Shown: positions 1 to 9,014, counted from the stretch's first letter. The stretch is 33,747 nucleotides of DNA from Nanobdellota archaeon (GCA_038045905.1 JBBSXF010000050.1:1-33747); one strand, 5' to 3'. Numbers and translations are program-made. The notes: generated by a model from the sequence alone, not told the origin.

Positions 1-98
1 ATAATTAAAGTGTTTTCTTTTTATAAAGAAAATAATTAATTTTTACACATAGCCCTCGTATTAGAAATCTTTTTATATCCCCCTTCATTTTACTTAAC

Positions 99-398
99 AT
101 GATGATTGGCTTTACTGCAATATTAATTTGTGTTGCTATTGTTGCTATTTTAATCTTAGTTAGGATAAAAAAATTAAAACATGAACTTTTTGCTGTTTTT
201 TTAATCGCGGTAATTTTGTTTGGCGTTTTTAGTTTTAGCTTGGCGTTTAAAGGAAAGAATGTTTCCATAAATGATATGCCTAGTTTGGAAAAAGCAGTTA
301 AAATTTATTTTTCTTGGTTTGGAAATGCAGTTAGCAATGCGAAAGTAATCACTGGACAAATAGTTAAGATGAACTGGCAAGGCAATCGGACGACATAA
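99..398 (+). CDS. small membrane protein, hypothetical
   Basis: ATG ORF with two hydrophobic helices (IGFTAILICVAIVAILILV, LFAVFLIAVILFGVFSFSLAF). TATA-like CTTTTTATAT at 69-78, about 25 nt upstream of the ATG. Preferred over the antisense ORF 5..268. Confidence 0.5.
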   Translation: MMIGFTAILICVAIVAILILVRIKKLKHELFAVFLIAVILFGVFSFSLAFKGKNVSINDMPSLEKAVKIYFSWFGNAVSNAKVITGQIVKMNWQGNRTT

Positions 399-435
399 TA
401 TTTATAAACTATAGATTGCAATATATATAATTAAG

Positions 436-726
436 ATGGCGAAGAAAAAAGGGATTAAGCATAAGGTACATAGGGCAGTAAAAAGAAGTTCTCACAAGAA
501 AGTTAAATTTAAATCTCTTAATCCAAAAAACAAAATTAAACTTGTAGTTAATAATTTGCTCTTCTTTGTTGCATTATGCCTTGTTTCTTTAGTTTTATAC
601 AGATTTGTAAAAAATATAATTTTAATGAATTTGTTTTCTGTGATGGCAATGATTTTCGGATTTGTCGCTGTTGCATTTTTAATAGCACTTTTAGTTCTAC
701 TTATTAGAAAAACTATGAAGAAGTAA
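436..726 (+). CDS. small basic N-terminus / two-TM membrane protein, hypothetical
   Basis: Lys/Arg-rich N-terminus followed by two hydrophobic segments. TTTATAAA box about 30 nt upstream. Confidence 0.5.
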   Translation: MAKKKGIKHKVHRAVKRSSHKKVKFKSLNPKNKIKLVVNNLLFFVALCLVSLVLYRFVKNIILMNLFSVMAMIFGFVAVAFLIALLVLLIRKTMKK

Positions 727-788
727 AAAATCTATTATCGTAATTTATTCTGATTAATTGTCTGTAAGTTTGTATTTCGATTATTTTA

Positions 789-932
789 AGCCTGTGCTGA
801 GGATTGAACTCAGGACCCCCACATTTTTGGTACATCCATTCTCAACTTCTTGTTGGGTTGCTGGAATTGTGAAAAACTCGCTGGAGGTTTCCATTACCAA
901 TGTGGTACTCTAACCAACTGAGCTACACAGGC
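789..932 (-). tRNA. tRNA-Thr (anticodon GGU) with a 70-nt intron (825-894) at canonical position 37/38
   Basis: The reverse complement folds as a cloverleaf. Acceptor GCCTGTG/CACAGGC. D arm GCTC-AGTTGGTTA-GAGT. Anticodon stem CCACA/TGTGG with loop TT-GGT-A...A. Variable loop GGGTC. T arm CTGAG-TTCAATC-CTCAG. Discriminator T. TTGG(TA) of the anticodon loop pairs with (TA)CCAA at the 3' end of the intron, leaving an AAA bulge next to the anticodon stem. This is compatible with a (relaxed) bulge-helix-bulge splice motif. Confidence 0.85.
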
Positions 933-960
933 ATTTCTACAATAAAAAATATCTTAGTCA

Positions 961-970
961 TATTTATAAA
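961..970 (+). promoter_or_regulatory. TATA box for the 992 gene (leaderless-type spacing)
   Basis: TATTTATAAA centred about 26 nt upstream of the ATG. Confidence 0.4.
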
Positions 971-991
971 CTATTATCTTAACCTATTTTT

Positions 992-1477
992 ATGCCTGAA
1001 GAATTTGATTTGAAAAAATTAAAAGAAATTTATGAAAAGCTTAAGGTTACATATAATCTCCCTTTATTTGAAAAAGTGAATGAAGATTTTCAGATAGAAA
1101 AGATAGCAGGATCTGAAACCGACTTTATTATTAGAGAAACAAGAAAATATATTACAGATAAATTTTTTAGTTATCTTAGATTTTTAGAATCAATCTTAAC
1201 TCCTACAAATGCTCCAATGTTTGTATTTGCTATTACCAAATCTCTCGGAGTGAGAGAAAGAGAAAAATTAATTGAATTATACAAAAAAATAGCAAAAATA
1301 GAAGTTGATGTTATTGAACTTGACTTGGAATATTCTGAAAAAAAGGAAGCAGAAGCAATAAAGAAATATTATGAGTTATGGCAGGAAGTTAAGAAAGAGC
1401 TTCTTGAAATTGTTGGAGTTATAAAAAAGAATTGGGATAATAAGTTAGAAGGGAATGGAAATGGTTATTTTGGATAG
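992..1477 (+). CDS. hypothetical protein (helical, acidic/coiled-coil C-terminal half)
   Basis: Clean 161-aa ORF with TATTTATAAA at 961-970, about 26 nt upstream of the ATG. No family recognised. Confidence 0.55.
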   Translation: MPEEFDLKKLKEIYEKLKVTYNLPLFEKVNEDFQIEKIAGSETDFIIRETRKYITDKFFSYLRFLESILTPTNAPMFVFAITKSLGVREREKLIELYKKIAKIEVDVIELDLEYSEKKEAEAIKKYYELWQEVKKELLEIVGVIKKNWDNKLEGNGNGYFG

Positions 1478-1511
1478 AAACTATTAAAAAGAGCCATTTA
1501 ATCTAAAAATA

Positions 1512-2408
1512 ATGAAAAAATCCTTTAGGATTTTAGGAATGATTATGGCGGGAATAATTTCACTTTCTGGATGTAATAAAGAAAATAATAGTATATACGG
1601 GTTTACTATTCAAAATTGGAAGGCACAATTAGCTGGTTTTCCTGTAGAAGATTTTTATGCTTTTGATAGGCAAAGAAAAATTGCTTGTGTTGCTGACCAA
1701 GTTACAAGAGATTTTATTGATGGAAGTGTTGTAATATCTGATGTTAACGGATTAATTAAAACTTTGATGGGAAAATATCCTTCTTATGCTTCTGCAGATA
1801 TTTTTACTGATATTTATCTGAAAACAAAATCTTTTGAAAAAGCAAATAATGCAATTTGGGACTATAATCAAGAAAAGGGTTTAGTTCCTACGGATTATCT
1901 TGCACGAGATTTAGCCGGTTGTACTGCTACGGGAATTTTTGAAGAAAATGGATTCTTAAACTGGCAATTTCTTTGTGATGCAGGAATATCAATACTTGAT
2001 GAGGATGGAAGATTAAAATTTAAAACTCTCGATGAAGGTCCGCATTCTAAAGAAAAAAATCCTTATTTAGAAGAGATTTTAAAACAACATGGGGGATTTG
2101 AGAGTTCTGAAGGGAGAGTTATTATAAGAAGTCAATATAGAAATAATCCTCGTGAAGAGTTTGCATATGGTGTTTTAACCGGAGAACAATCTGCTTTGGC
2201 TTATGTTAAAAATGGAAAAGAAAAGTTGAACGATAGAGATTATGTCTTATTATACACAGATGGAGTTGCAGACATTATCTTTAATGGAGATAATTTAATT
2301 CCAGATTTTGTTTTTTTACTTAGAAAAAATAGCCCTTCTCAATTAAAAGAGTTTTGTCAGAAAAGAGTTTCAAGTGAAGGAACTTTAGTTGTTTGGAAGG
2401 TAGAATAA
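1512..2408 (+). CDS. predicted lipoprotein, hypothetical; weak PP2C/SpoIIE-like C-terminal motif
   Basis: The N-terminus MKKSFRILGMIMAGIISLSGC carries a signal peptide plus a lipobox (LSGC). DYVLLYTDGVADI resembles the PP2C/SpoIIE 'lllyTDGv.e' motif, but the other motifs are not clear. Confidence 0.55.
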   Translation: MKKSFRILGMIMAGIISLSGCNKENNSIYGFTIQNWKAQLAGFPVEDFYAFDRQRKIACVADQVTRDFIDGSVVISDVNGLIKTLMGKYPSYASADIFTDIYLKTKSFEKANNAIWDYNQEKGLVPTDYLARDLAGCTATGIFEENGFLNWQFLCDAGISILDEDGRLKFKTLDEGPHSKEKNPYLEEILKQHGGFESSEGRVIIRSQYRNNPREEFAYGVLTGEQSALAYVKNGKEKLNDRDYVLLYTDGVADIIFNGDNLIPDFVFLLRKNSPSQLKEFCQKRVSSEGTLVVWKVE

Positions 2409-4034
2409 TTATTCTAACTTCTTGAAAATTTCTTCTAGATTAATTTCAAATAAGGAGACAGGCATTTTTATTTTCCAATTCTTTAATATTTTTGGATGGA
2501 TTTCTCCAAGATAACCTATTATTTTGTTTTCCAATTTTATTGCAATTGTTCTCCCTTCAATAAAATAATTAGGAATTTTTTCTGATTCTGAAATTTCTAA
2601 TTTTATATTTATCATCCTTGAAAGATATTCTAATCTCTGTCTAGCCTCTGTGAAATTTGCTGGAGTAATTGCTAACGCTAAATTTTCTGTTTCTGTTGGA
2701 GTAAAAACTTTTCCTATTTCAAATATTCTTTGAGGATACTCTGCATCTACATTTTCTGAAAGAATTTTTAATAAATAATGAGTTAAGTCTTTTCTTAAGA
2801 TAGTATAATCTGTTTTTGATTCTTTAACCTCAATAAATTCTTCTTCTGGCATTATCATTTTTTTGAATTGGTCTTCTTTGCTTGTTAAATGATAACTAGA
2901 TGTTTCTAAGAAACTTAATCCGCATAATGTCTCTGCTATTTTTCTTTTAATTATTTCTTTCTGTTCTTCTTTTCCAGTTGTCGTTATGCTCGGTATTTCT
3001 GGAACAAAATTTTCATAGCCATAAGCAATGGCAATATCTTCAATTAAATCAACTTCATGCAAAATGTCTGTTCTCCAAGGCGGGACTTCTACAACTCCCT
3101 TATTGTAATTGTGTCCCATCTCTTCTAAATATCTTTTTATTTCTTTTTCAGTTAAGTTCACTCCCAAGAGAGAATTTGCATGTTCAAGATTTATTTTTAC
3201 TTTTTCTGGAGAAAAGTCTGGAGAAATCTTTTTGGAATTTTTTTCATACAATTCCATTTGATAAACTTCTCCTCCCATTTCTGCTAAGGTTGAAGCAATA
3301 ATGTTAAGACATTTGTTCAAGGAGTTTAAATCAAATCCAGAGCATTCTACAAAAATTTCTCTTGTTTCATTTGTTATTTTTCCAGTTATTTGAGAATTAA
3401 TTATTGGGGGCATACTTAAAATGTTATTATTTGCATCTATAAAAATGGGAAATTTTGATTTTCCAGCAAGAAGAGAAGCATACTCTTTTCCTTTAGGATG
3501 TTTTTGCAGTATTTGAAGTCCAGACATTTCCCTGTCGGATTCAAGGGGGATGAATTTTATCTTGTCTGGTTCAAGTGCTTTAAATGTTATTGGGAGCTTT
3601 ATTTTTTCTAAAGGATAAATTCCTATAGCCAGTTTTTTTCTTTTTCTTCCTATTGTTAAATGCAGTTTTTCTTGAATATCTATTATTTCTTTTATTTTTT
3701 CATCATCAAATTTTAATCCTTTCACAATTGCACAAACAGTATAAGGACGAACATCTTTAACAGAAGAGTCAATATTCACTGCGAAATCTTTTTCTGGCTT
3801 GTGAAGTTTGTATTCTTTTAATCCTGTTTTTTTCCCTAAAAATGCAAGGAAACTTCTTTTGAAGCCGTGATAAGAAAGCAAATCTGGGCGATTGGGATAA
3901 ACTTCAATTTCAATTTCAGAATTATCAAACTTTTCTAATCCAGTTCCGAACATCGCAATTTTATTTTGCATTTTTTCATCTAATTTTCCTATGTCTTTTT
4001 CAAATTGTTTTCTAGGGAATGTTACATTGCTCAT
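2409..4034 (-). CDS. pheT: phenylalanine--tRNA ligase beta subunit (archaeal type)
   Basis: 541 aa. The N-terminus FPRKQFEKDIGKLDEKMQNKIAMFGTGLEKFDNSEIEIEVYPNRPDLLSYHGFKRS is typical of the archaeal PheRS-beta B3/B4 and B5 architecture. Its length fits, and it lies in the same strand block as pheS. Confidence 0.9.
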   Translation of the reverse strand: MSNVTFPRKQFEKDIGKLDEKMQNKIAMFGTGLEKFDNSEIEIEVYPNRPDLLSYHGFKRSFLAFLGKKTGLKEYKLHKPEKDFAVNIDSSVKDVRPYTVCAIVKGLKFDDEKIKEIIDIQEKLHLTIGRKRKKLAIGIYPLEKIKLPITFKALEPDKIKFIPLESDREMSGLQILQKHPKGKEYASLLAGKSKFPIFIDANNNILSMPPIINSQITGKITNETREIFVECSGFDLNSLNKCLNIIASTLAEMGGEVYQMELYEKNSKKISPDFSPEKVKINLEHANSLLGVNLTEKEIKRYLEEMGHNYNKGVVEVPPWRTDILHEVDLIEDIAIAYGYENFVPEIPSITTTGKEEQKEIIKRKIAETLCGLSFLETSSYHLTSKEDQFKKMIMPEEEFIEVKESKTDYTILRKDLTHYLLKILSENVDAEYPQRIFEIGKVFTPTETENLALAITPANFTEARQRLEYLSRMINIKLEISESEKIPNYFIEGRTIAIKLENKIIGYLGEIHPKILKNWKIKMPVSLFEINLEEIFKKLE

Positions 4035-4035
4035 T

Positions 4036-4401
4036 TTATTCTATGTTTATCTCGAAAAAATTTAATTGCCCTTTAAATGGAATTGGAACTATCTTCGTCG
4101 GGTTTTCTAATATAAATCCATAATCCCCCCAAGAACTTGATGCTAAATGAATATCTTTATCTCTGGCGTGTTCTTCTTCATTTTTATAAACTTTAACCTC
4201 AGTTAATTCTGCTTTACCTATAAGAAATCCAAGAGGCAAATTTGTAAAGCCAAACCTTTTCATAGATTCTTTATCTGGATTTTTTGAGGCATGAATAAAA
4301 AATTCTCCTCTAAAGTGGGTATTCCAGTTTCTTAATTCTATTTTTTTCTTGCCTTCTACTACTAATTCTGCAAACGGCTGTTTTAATGATAGTGCTTTCA
4401 T
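4036..4401 (-). CDS. ASCH (PUA-like) domain protein
   Basis: MKALSLKQPFAELVVEGKKKIELRNW...FFIHASK is the typical ASCH N-terminal signature. Size about 120 aa. Confidence 0.7.
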   Translation of the reverse strand: MKALSLKQPFAELVVEGKKKIELRNWNTHFRGEFFIHASKNPDKESMKRFGFTNLPLGFLIGKAELTEVKVYKNEEEHARDKDIHLASSSWGDYGFILENPTKIVPIPFKGQLNFFEINIE

Positions 4402-4410
4402 TTTGTTATT

Positions 4411-4740
4411 TTATCTTCCTTTTATGTTAAGAGGTTTATTTGATGGGATTAAATGTATATGGGAATGTGGAACTGCAAATCCCTCTACAAGCATTACTAT
4501 TCTTTTTGTTTTAAATTTTAATTTTAATTTTTTTGCAATTCCTTTTGCTTTTAACATTAATTCTTGATATTCTTTATCATTTATATCAAAGATGTAATCT
4601 GTGTGTTTTTTTGGAAGCACTAAAATATGCCCTTTTCTTAATGGATGTTTATCAAAAAATGCAAGATATTTGTTATCTTCCCAAAATTTAGGAACAGGAA
4701 TTTTTCCTTCTGCGATTTTGCAAAAAATACAAGATTCCAT
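4411..4740 (-). CDS. HIT-family nucleotide hydrolase/transferase
   Basis: CIFCKI N-terminus and the histidine triad HSHIHLIP (HxHxHxx). Confidence 0.85.
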   Translation of the reverse strand: MESCIFCKIAEGKIPVPKFWEDNKYLAFFDKHPLRKGHILVLPKKHTDYIFDINDKEYQELMLKAKGIAKKLKLKFKTKRIVMLVEGFAVPHSHIHLIPSNKPLNIKGR

Positions 4741-5255
4741 TATAGAATCCTCCCAACAATATAAGTATCAATATATCTATTATCGTCTGTCAAAAGTGCT
4801 TTTTCTTTTCTACCTTCTATTTTAAAACCATTTTTTAATGCTAATTTCCAAGAGCCTTTATTTTCAATAGCCATTTCTGCCTCTGCTTTTTTAAAACCTA
4901 TTTTCTTCGCATATTTCAATGATTCTTGAAGCAGTTTCGTACCAATTCCCATTTTCTGGTAATCTGGGTGAATCCCCCAGCCCATATTAATTCTGTGTCT
5001 TAATCTTCCACTTTTTTTAAATGAAGAAGTTGTTGAACCTACTATTTTATTATTTGACTTATCAATTGCAACAAATGAGAAACTCTCTGAATTTTTATTA
5101 AATCCCTTTCTCCATTCATTCAATTTTTTTTTGTTTGGAACCTTATTACTTCCAGTATAACCCCAATTTCCTTTTTTTAATCCTATTTTTCTCATTTCAG
5201 CAATTCCTATTTCGTCTCCAGGTTTTGCTTTCCTTATCATTATTTTGTTTTTCAT
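4740..5255 (-). CDS. GNAT family N-acetyltransferase
   Basis: Acetyl-CoA binding motif-A-like HPDYQKMGIGTKLLQESLKYAKKIGFKK. Size 171 aa. Its 3' end overlaps the start codon of the downstream HIT gene by 1 nt (position 4740). Confidence 0.8.
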   Translation of the reverse strand: MKNKIMIRKAKPGDEIGIAEMRKIGLKKGNWGYTGSNKVPNKKKLNEWRKGFNKNSESFSFVAIDKSNNKIVGSTTSSFKKSGRLRHRINMGWGIHPDYQKMGIGTKLLQESLKYAKKIGFKKAEAEMAIENKGSWKLALKNGFKIEGRKEKALLTDDNRYIDTYIVGRIL

Positions 5256-5257
5256 TT

Positions 5258-5620
5258 TTATTTATTATCCCAACCTCCAGCTAATTTATTTGCATGTCCG
5301 ACTTTTTTAATTATTTCAGGAGGCATTCTTTTTTCATATTCGTTCAATGTATCTTGCAGTGCTTTTTCAGCATCAACCCCTGTTTGATTTGCTATTTTAA
5401 GTAATAAGAATAATGTATCACCGATATAATCTGAAACTTCTGCTTTGTGCTGATTAACTACTTCTTTCTGCTTTTCATCATTAATCCATTTAATTAAATT
5501 CCACATCTCTCCGCCTTCTTCTGTTATATTCAGCAATAAATCTTTGATATTCCAATTATCTTCCCAGCCTCTTGCCCTATCAAATTCTTTTATTTTATTT
5601 TGCAATTGTTCTATGTTCAT
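5258..5620 (-). CDS. MazG-like nucleoside triphosphate pyrophosphohydrolase
   Basis: All-alpha NTP-PPase signature: EEGGEMWNLIKW ... EVSDYIGDTLFLLLKIANQTGVDAEKAL. Confidence 0.75.
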   Translation of the reverse strand: MNIEQLQNKIKEFDRARGWEDNWNIKDLLLNITEEGGEMWNLIKWINDEKQKEVVNQHKAEVSDYIGDTLFLLLKIANQTGVDAEKALQDTLNEYEKRMPPEIIKKVGHANKLAGGWDNK

Positions 5621-5925
5621 TTTGAATAAACCTCTTTATATTTTTCGTGGCTTTCTTTTACTTTTCTGTCAAATTCCTCATCTAATTTTACTTCTAATTT
5701 ATTTGCCAGTGCAATTAATGTATAAAGAACATCTGCTATTTCATCCTTAATATTTTTGCCGTCTCCTTCAAATTTGCTTTTCTTTCCCCCAAATTTAATA
5801 TTCATTGCTCTTGCCAACTCTCCAACTTCTTCTGTAAGTCTTGCTAACATAGATAACGGCTCCCAGTATCCGCCATATTGCTTTACTGTTTCATCAACTA
5901 TTTTTTGTGCTTCTTTTATTTCCAT
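5617..5925 (-). CDS. MazG-like nucleoside triphosphate pyrophosphohydrolase (paralog)
   Basis: LTEEVGELARAM ... EIADVLYTLIALANKLEVKLDEEF (EExxE...ExxD metal motifs). 4-nt overlap with the downstream MazG paralog. Confidence 0.8.
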   Translation of the reverse strand: MEIKEAQKIVDETVKQYGGYWEPLSMLARLTEEVGELARAMNIKFGGKKSKFEGDGKNIKDEIADVLYTLIALANKLEVKLDEEFDRKVKESHEKYKEVYSK

Positions 5926-5926
5926 T

Positions 5927-7447
5927 TTATTTCATCCAAAATTTCATTTTTCTTAATTGAGATAAATCATTTTTGTACATCTCTCTTAAATCTTTTATAT
6001 TGTAATAATCCATAATCATTCTGTCAAATCCAGGACCCCAAGCTAAGACAGTCATTTTTTCTCCAAGCAAAGGAATAGTTACTTCAGGGCGAAAAATTCC
6101 CGCTCCTCCCAATTCAAACCATTTTTTCTTTTCTGGATGCCATACATCTATTTGCACACTTGGTTCTGTATATGGATAATAACTAGGCATGAATCTCACT
6201 TTTTCAAATCCCATTTTCTTGAAAAATTCTTTTAAGTAGCCAAGCAGGTTTCTGAAATTTAAATTCTCGCCGACAACAATCCCTTCTGTTTGATTGAATT
6301 CAAATCCATGGCTCCAATCTACTGTTTCGTTTCTGAAACATTTTCCTATAGCGAAAAATTTTGCAGGAATGTCCTTTTTGTCAAGATTAGCTAATGTATT
6401 TGAAGACAGACAAGTTGTATGTGTTCTTAGAACAAGCCGTTTTGCCTCTTCTTCATCCCAATTATATTGCCATCCTTTGCTTCCATCCACTCCTTTTTCG
6501 TGGCTTTCTTTTACTGCTTTTACTATTTTTTTATCTGGGAGGTTTCCTTTCCTATTTGTGAAGAAAGTATCCTGCATTTCTCTTACAGGATGGTCTTGTG
6601 CAGTGAAAAGAGCGTCGAAGACCCAGAATGAGCTTTGCACTATATCTCCTGACATTTCTTTAAATCCCATATCTGTCCAAACTTTTTTAGCATAATCTGC
6701 CGCTTGATTAACAAAATGTCTTTTTCCACCATTTATTGATGGGAGAGGAGAAGTAACATCATATCTTCTGAACTTCTTTCCTTTCCAAGCAGATTCTTTT
6801 TCAAGTATCTTTGGTGTAATCGCTTCAATTAACTCTCCAACTTTTTTCCCCGATTTAATAATTTCTTCTCCAAGCTTTGTTAATATAATTCCAATTGTCT
6901 CTTCTTCTTTTATTTGAATTATATTTTTTCTTCGCTCGAAGGATTTTAACGCATATAATTGCTCGGGGGTTAATGAATTATAATTAACTGGAAGAACTTC
7001 GATAAATAATTCTTCTAATGTTTTTTTGGATATTTCGTTTCCACTCCCTGTTAGAATTATTTTTTCATTTTTTATATCAATCAAAGCTTTTTTTCTCAAG
7101 GCACCAATAGACGCTTTAAATTCATCATCTGACAACCCACTCTGCTTTTGAGCATCATCCATTTTTAAAATTCTTTTTTCTGTTATTAAGTTTAGAAGTC
7201 TTCTTTCAGGAAGTCCCTTCTTTTTGTATAATGCTCCATTTATTCCAACTTCAACTATCTTTTTTTTAACATGAGATAATGTTAATATTCTCTTATTTTC
7301 TAAATAATCTAACGCTCTTAAAACAGAAGTTTTGTCAAGTTCAGATTTTTTTGCTATTTCTTCTATGTCTTTTTCTTTTAAGTATGGAAGGATTTTTGTT
7401 TCATTAGGACTTAATGATTCTATTATTTTGTTAATATTATCCATCAC
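5927..7447 (-). CDS. pheS: phenylalanine--tRNA ligase alpha subunit (archaeal/eukaryal type)
   Basis: 506 aa with N-terminal winged-helix repeats and a class II core (FWVFDALFTAQDHPVREMQDTFF, RTHTTCLS, GKCFRNE, GAGIFRPEV). The first codon in the track is GTG (7447), and an ATG follows at 7444. Confidence 0.9.
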   Translation of the reverse strand: MMDNINKIIESLSPNETKILPYLKEKDIEEIAKKSELDKTSVLRALDYLENKRILTLSHVKKKIVEVGINGALYKKKGLPERRLLNLITEKRILKMDDAQKQSGLSDDEFKASIGALRKKALIDIKNEKIILTGSGNEISKKTLEELFIEVLPVNYNSLTPEQLYALKSFERRKNIIQIKEEETIGIILTKLGEEIIKSGKKVGELIEAITPKILEKESAWKGKKFRRYDVTSPLPSINGGKRHFVNQAADYAKKVWTDMGFKEMSGDIVQSSFWVFDALFTAQDHPVREMQDTFFTNRKGNLPDKKIVKAVKESHEKGVDGSKGWQYNWDEEEAKRLVLRTHTTCLSSNTLANLDKKDIPAKFFAIGKCFRNETVDWSHGFEFNQTEGIVVGENLNFRNLLGYLKEFFKKMGFEKVRFMPSYYPYTEPSVQIDVWHPEKKKWFELGGAGIFRPEVTIPLLGEKMTVLAWGPGFDRMIMDYYNIKDLREMYKNDLSQLRKMKFWMK

Positions 7448-7486
7448 ATTTCTAAAGAAAAGGCATTAAAAAATGTTTAGTTTGAG

Positions 7487-8152
7487 TTAGTTAAAGAAAC
7501 CAATTTCGTACATTTTATCTATCAAAATTATTTGGTCTTGATTATTTTCAATTAAACTTTGTTTTGCTTCACTTGAAGTTGGCAATCGTATAATTCCTGG
7601 AGAACGTTTATCATTTTTTCTTGTTTTTGTTGCATCATATTCGTCTGCAAGGTTAATCCACCTGCCACAGAGAATTGTTTTAAATTTGTTTTGTTCATGC
7701 CATTTGTTATAGGTATCTCCAAATATAATTTCGAAGTCTTTATCTGTTGGATAACCGCCCTCTCTTTTAAAGTAATGAGAGTAAAAAATCGTAAGGGCAG
7801 AAAAATTAAAGAGTCCAATAAGACTACGACATCCATATTCGATGTGTTTTTCCATTTTTTCTCTATCTTTTTCATTCCAACCCACTGTTTTATCTAATAA
7901 TTCTAAAGGAATTTTCAATTTTCCAATATCATGTAATATTGCTGGGAGCCAAATATCTCGTGGACTCGCGGTACTTGTAACTAATGCAATTTGCACGCTG
8001 TAATCTGCAACTCTATCCGAATGTTCTAATGTGGGATAATGATAATTTGCAAGTTGCTCTAAAAAGGGCATAGCTTTTTCTTTTGTTCCATCCCTCATTT
8101 TAAGCTCATCAAATTTTCTGCAAGCTTTATCAAGCAATGAATAATTCATCAT
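7487..8152 (-). CDS. HD-GYP-like metal-dependent phosphohydrolase (partly degenerate)
   Basis: HSDRVADYS, AILHDIGKLKIPLELLDK, SHYFKREGGYPT (in place of HHExxDGxGYP), NLADEYDATKTRK. Confidence 0.7.
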   Translation of the reverse strand: MMNYSLLDKACRKFDELKMRDGTKEKAMPFLEQLANYHYPTLEHSDRVADYSVQIALVTSTASPRDIWLPAILHDIGKLKIPLELLDKTVGWNEKDREKMEKHIEYGCRSLIGLFNFSALTIFYSHYFKREGGYPTDKDFEIIFGDTYNKWHEQNKFKTILCGRWINLADEYDATKTRKNDKRSPGIIRLPTSSEAKQSLIENNQDQIILIDKMYEIGFFN

Positions 8153-8196
8153 CTTTTGATAATTATTAGTTTTTTAAGGATTTATATTCAAATATT

Positions 8197-8643
8197 TTAC
8201 AATTCTTTTATCATATTCGTAGGCATACCTAGAACTAATCCCAGAGACTTCAAATCTAAAATGTCTCTTTTGTTATTTTTAGAAATGAATTTCATTTTTA
8301 ATTTGTTTTTATTGCATATAGCGACATTTTGTTTTATTCTTGCTAAAATTGCTGATTTTTCTTTTTCAGTTGAATTTATTAGCTCATCAAGATTAATTCC
8401 TATCGTGATGTCTTTCTTTTTTGCCAATTTTGCTAGTACGTGGTTAAATCCAGAATCTCTTTGCCTGTGAAAATCTCTTTTTCCTGATTGATTTAAAAGA
8501 AGAATATCTATGTTCTCTTTTTCAAGTATTTTCCTGTTCAGTTCATCATCATTTGAAGAGAAAATTATTTTTTTCCCAGAATTTTCTTTTATTAATTTTC
8601 TCGCTTTTTCAAAATTAGTTTCTTGAATTAATATTTGTTCCAT
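8197..8643 (-). CDS. rnp3: RNase P protein component 3 (Rpp30-like), shortened
   Basis: The C-terminal two thirds (DSGFNHVLAKLAKKKDITIGINLDELI ... ICNKNKLKMKFISKNNK...DLKSLGLVLGM) align by eye with archaeal Rpp30 (DxGIDHVLAKL...ValgfsLrpLL...rfl.tS.A....d.R.PrDlisLGvviGM). 148 aa versus about 210 aa typical. Confidence 0.65.
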   Translation of the reverse strand: MEQILIQETNFEKARKLIKENSGKKIIFSSNDDELNRKILEKENIDILLLNQSGKRDFHRQRDSGFNHVLAKLAKKKDITIGINLDELINSTEKEKSAILARIKQNVAICNKNKLKMKFISKNNKRDILDLKSLGLVLGMPTNMIKEL

Positions 8644-8740
8644 TTTATGTATTTAAGGGGCGGAAGTTTATAAAATTAGTCAATTAATTTTTTAAAAAGA
8701 GAATAGAAAGATTTATATATAAATTTATATAAAGGTTAAT

Positions 8741-9013
8741 ATGGAAATATATAAAGATAGAAGCATAATCCACTATCCCAGTTTAAAAACTATATTAATG
8801 GTTGAAAAGATTTTGAAAAACGCAGACGCAATGATTGATAGAGAGGAGTTAAAGAGAAGATTGCCTGTTAAAATTATGCATCAAACTTTGAATTTAATTT
8901 TGTTATATCTCGAAGATAAAGGTATGATTTTGGATAGCCATAAAGGGATATTATGGATATATAATCCAAGTTCTAAATTAAAAAAAGCTATTGAAAACGC
9001 TAGGGAAGTTTAA
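8741..9013 (+). CDS. small winged-helix-like protein, putative antitoxin/regulator partner of the downstream RelE-like gene
   Basis: 90-aa ORF with a TATA box upstream. Its stop TAA (9011-9013) lies 1 nt before the ATG of the next gene. It has a truncated paralog at 22524..22691 (shared HYPxLxTILMVE). Confidence 0.45.
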   Translation: MEIYKDRSIIHYPSLKTILMVEKILKNADAMIDREELKRRLPVKIMHQTLNLILLYLEDKGMILDSHKGILWIYNPSSKLKKAIENAREV

Positions 9014-9014
9014 G

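Noticed and set aside
825-894. C/D-box sRNA hidden in the tRNA-Thr intron
   Set aside because: No RUGAUGA C box or suitably placed CUGA D box is present in the 70-nt intron on the tRNA strand.
789-932. tRNA-Thr as an integration site for a genomic island
   Set aside because: I could not find a second copy of the tRNA 3' half (e.g. TTCAATCCTCAGCACAGGC) elsewhere in the window, and no integrase gene is present.
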